Below are positions 61,215 through 64,000 of a stretch of 64,000 nt of DNA, one piece after another. Below the pieces are notes generated by a model that worked only from the letters and a program-made list of their open reading frames with translations, did no database searches and was not told where the DNA came from. The stretch's first letter is position 1. Every line of letters begins with the position of its first letter. Position numbers and translations under genes: made by a program. Source of the stretch: the human T2T-CHM13v2.0 reference genome, Homo sapiens; assembly GCF_009914755.1 (NCBI RefSeq), contig NC_060926.1. One strand, given 5' to 3'.

Positions 61215-61400
61215 AAAAAAAATTGTGGTAAGCGATACATAAAATAAAATTTGCCATTTTAAAGTGTACAATTCAGGGGTGTTTTGTACATTCCTAAGGC
61301 TGTGGGACCATCACCACTATCTAGTTCCAGAATGTCTTTATCACCCCAAAAGGAATCCCCATACCCATTAAGAGCAGCCTCCCCCCCATTCCTTCTACCT
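61215..61400 (-). mobile_element. L1MB-type 3' end fragment
   Basis: aaaatttgccattttaaagtgtacaattca...catcaccactatctagttccagaa...atcaccccaaaag. Confidence 0.8.
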
Positions 61401-61411
61401 AAAAGCATTAC

Positions 61412-61740
<329 letters not shown>

Positions 61741-63639
61741 TGACCTCAGGAAACGTCCATTTAGCTGATGTTGGGGAGGGAGAAGCCCTTGTGCTTGAGC
61801 TTAGCCCCTCCTTGGTGCCCCTCAGCCTCGAGAGGGCTGCCTGCCCCTCTCCCTTAGCACACGCCGCATTGTAGTTAGTTGTCTAAATGCTCTCTTCCCC
61901 CCACGGGCACTGCCAGTGTCTGATTCCTCTCTGTGACCCCAGCTCCTAAAACAGCAGGGAGTATCTCGCAAGCCTCAGCGACATTTGTTGGCCGGAAGGA
62001 TATAAAAACCAGTCATTCAGTAGCTGATGTGCTCCGTCTTATTGTTGGGGGATATAACTCTTTGTCCCAGAGTTGTCATACTTTTGATCCCTGCACAGAA
62101 AGAAGCAAACCCAGAGTAGGAAGAACAGGCCTTTCATGTCGCTCCTTTTAATTAGACGCCCTGTTAAATTGCAGCAATTTTGCACTGTGGTTCCCTCTCA
62201 GCGTGTCGAGAAGCTCTGAAGACGCTCTTAACCAAGGAAGCCAGGAGTTCATTTTATTCTTTTCCTCCTTATTTTCTTCCAAAGGCCAATTTACTTTTTT
62301 TTTTTTTTGGACATTTTGCTTTTTGCCGGTGCTGTTCGTTGATATTTGTGTATATAACAATGCTCCTTTCATAAAGGAGGTGAGCGTGGTGGAGTGGAAT
62401 CCTCAGGGCCCCCCACTAATCACTTTTGATGGAGTAAGACTTGGAGAATCAATGATTTTGCCTTAGAGTCGGAGGAAATTTGCTGTTCTCAAGCCCTCGT
62501 ACATGGAAATATAAGCCACCAGGAGAGCCCAGCCTCCCCCGGGCTACCCGAGTCCCCCCTCCACTGCCTGGCAGGAGCTGGAAAGATCAAAGGGACAGAT
62601 GACAGTGCTTGGCGCCCATTTGTCACTCCATTGGAGGGAACCAGTTGCAGTGTTAACAGTCAGGCCTGGTCCCATGTTTCATGAATATTTGAGAATGTTT
62701 GCTGGCAGAATTCTAACTGCGCTGTGTCCTCCACGGCGTACGTGTCACCCATATTCCAGAGCCTAATCGGAGCTCTGGGGGAAGGAAGCACCACTTCTCC
62801 ATTAGATTCCTTTATTATCCTAAAACATGCCTGCTAAGCGGTTCCGTGTCTGGGGTCTAAAGTCCGTGTGGTCCTTCTCATTCTTGCTCCTCCAAGAATC
62901 CTGACGCATGGGCAGGGAAAGTGTTTTATTGTTATGGACTAATAATTTAGAGGCTAGGGAAGGAATGGCCTTGTGTGCTGGCCTCGTTGTAACAATTTTT
63001 CTCATGTGTCTTCCAGCCTGTTCATCTGTCGCGTTTATTTCTAAAAAGTCCTCTCACCTGCCCTCTGCTGTCCTCAGATCCCATCCACGGCCCTCACCTC
63101 CCTCATCCTTCTCTGTAACCTCTGACAATTCTGGATGACCTGGTCCCCGCCATGCACTTTGGGCTTGCCCCTGCCCTGTGAGTAGCCTGACAACCCTGCA
63201 CACACCCCTGGGGTGGTGCCAGTGCCTGCTCCTCCTCCTGGCCTCCCTGCCACCCAGCCCGGCATGAAGCTGAACATCGAGTGGGCCCCAGGAGAGAGGC
63301 TGAGTTGGTATGGCCAGGACTCTCCCTTGGCCCAGTGGGAAGGTGCACCTGCCCACTTGGGAGCAGGCCTCAGCACCCCTCACCAGTTTCAGGTTGCCCA
63401 CTCTCAACAGCAGCTAAGTCAGAGCTCCGAGGGCTGCTCCCCACCCACCTTCAGCCTCCCAGGCCTCCCCTTGCCCGCCTGGGCCCTGGAGACACATGCT
63501 TCAGCCACAGGCAAGTCTGTTTCCCTTCCATGGGGTTTTCTCCACACCACAGCAGTGGTACCTCTGGGCTTCTCTCCCTGGCCCCTGCCCCAAGGAGCCC
63601 AGATCCAGTGTGGTGCTTCTTAGACTGTGGTCTGAGGCC

Positions 63640-63790
63640 TCCTGCTTATAGAACAGGCAGATTCCCAGACATTGCCTCTCCCCTAACCAAAGTTTATTGA
63701 TTCTGAGTCTCTAGGGCTGTGGCCTATATTTGCATTTTTAACAATCTCCCTCGGGACTTTTTATGCACTGAGATTTGAGGCCAGGGTTGT
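63640..63790. mobile_element. MER5-like fragment
   Basis: gcagattcc...tgcatttttaacaa.ctcc...tatgcac. Confidence 0.55.
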
Positions 63791-64000
63791 TCTAGGCTGT
63801 ACCGGCAGGTGGACTGGAGGCCACAGAGAAGAGGCAGAGTGAAATTGTGCCGGGCCTGGCTTGGAGCACCCACCAGCCCCCGGAAGACAAGTCTCACCCA
63901 GAGCTCTCCGGTTAAGCCTGCCGAGAGAGAGGCACCAGGAGGCAATCTCCACACTCTCAGACACCAGCCGTACCCAAAGATTGATGATTTCAGACACCGG

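Overview
Human (primate) genomic DNA, not prokaryotic. The window lies inside the KLHL29 (Kelch-like 29) gene on the + strand, identified from memory of the protein N-terminus. It holds one real exon (37501-37830: 45 nt of 5'UTR plus the first 95 codons, [12 protein letters not shown]...ASAVTTK) flanked by about 37.5 kb and 26 kb of intron. The introns contain 16 Alu copies (9 of them in 48-62 kb), old L1M 3' ends, L2, MIR, MaLR solo LTRs, hAT-Charlie MITEs and microsatellites. They also contain several AT-rich, motif-dense patches that look like enhancers. The other ORFs in the track appear spurious. I see no evidence of a new multi-gene system. The most testable hypotheses are splicing-related: a UG-repeat-adjacent cryptic poison exon just downstream of the coding exon, a 330-nt exon that is stop-free in two frames, and a candidate uORF-bearing cassette exon. 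Repeat subfamily calls and the boundaries of old repeats are by eye and approximate.
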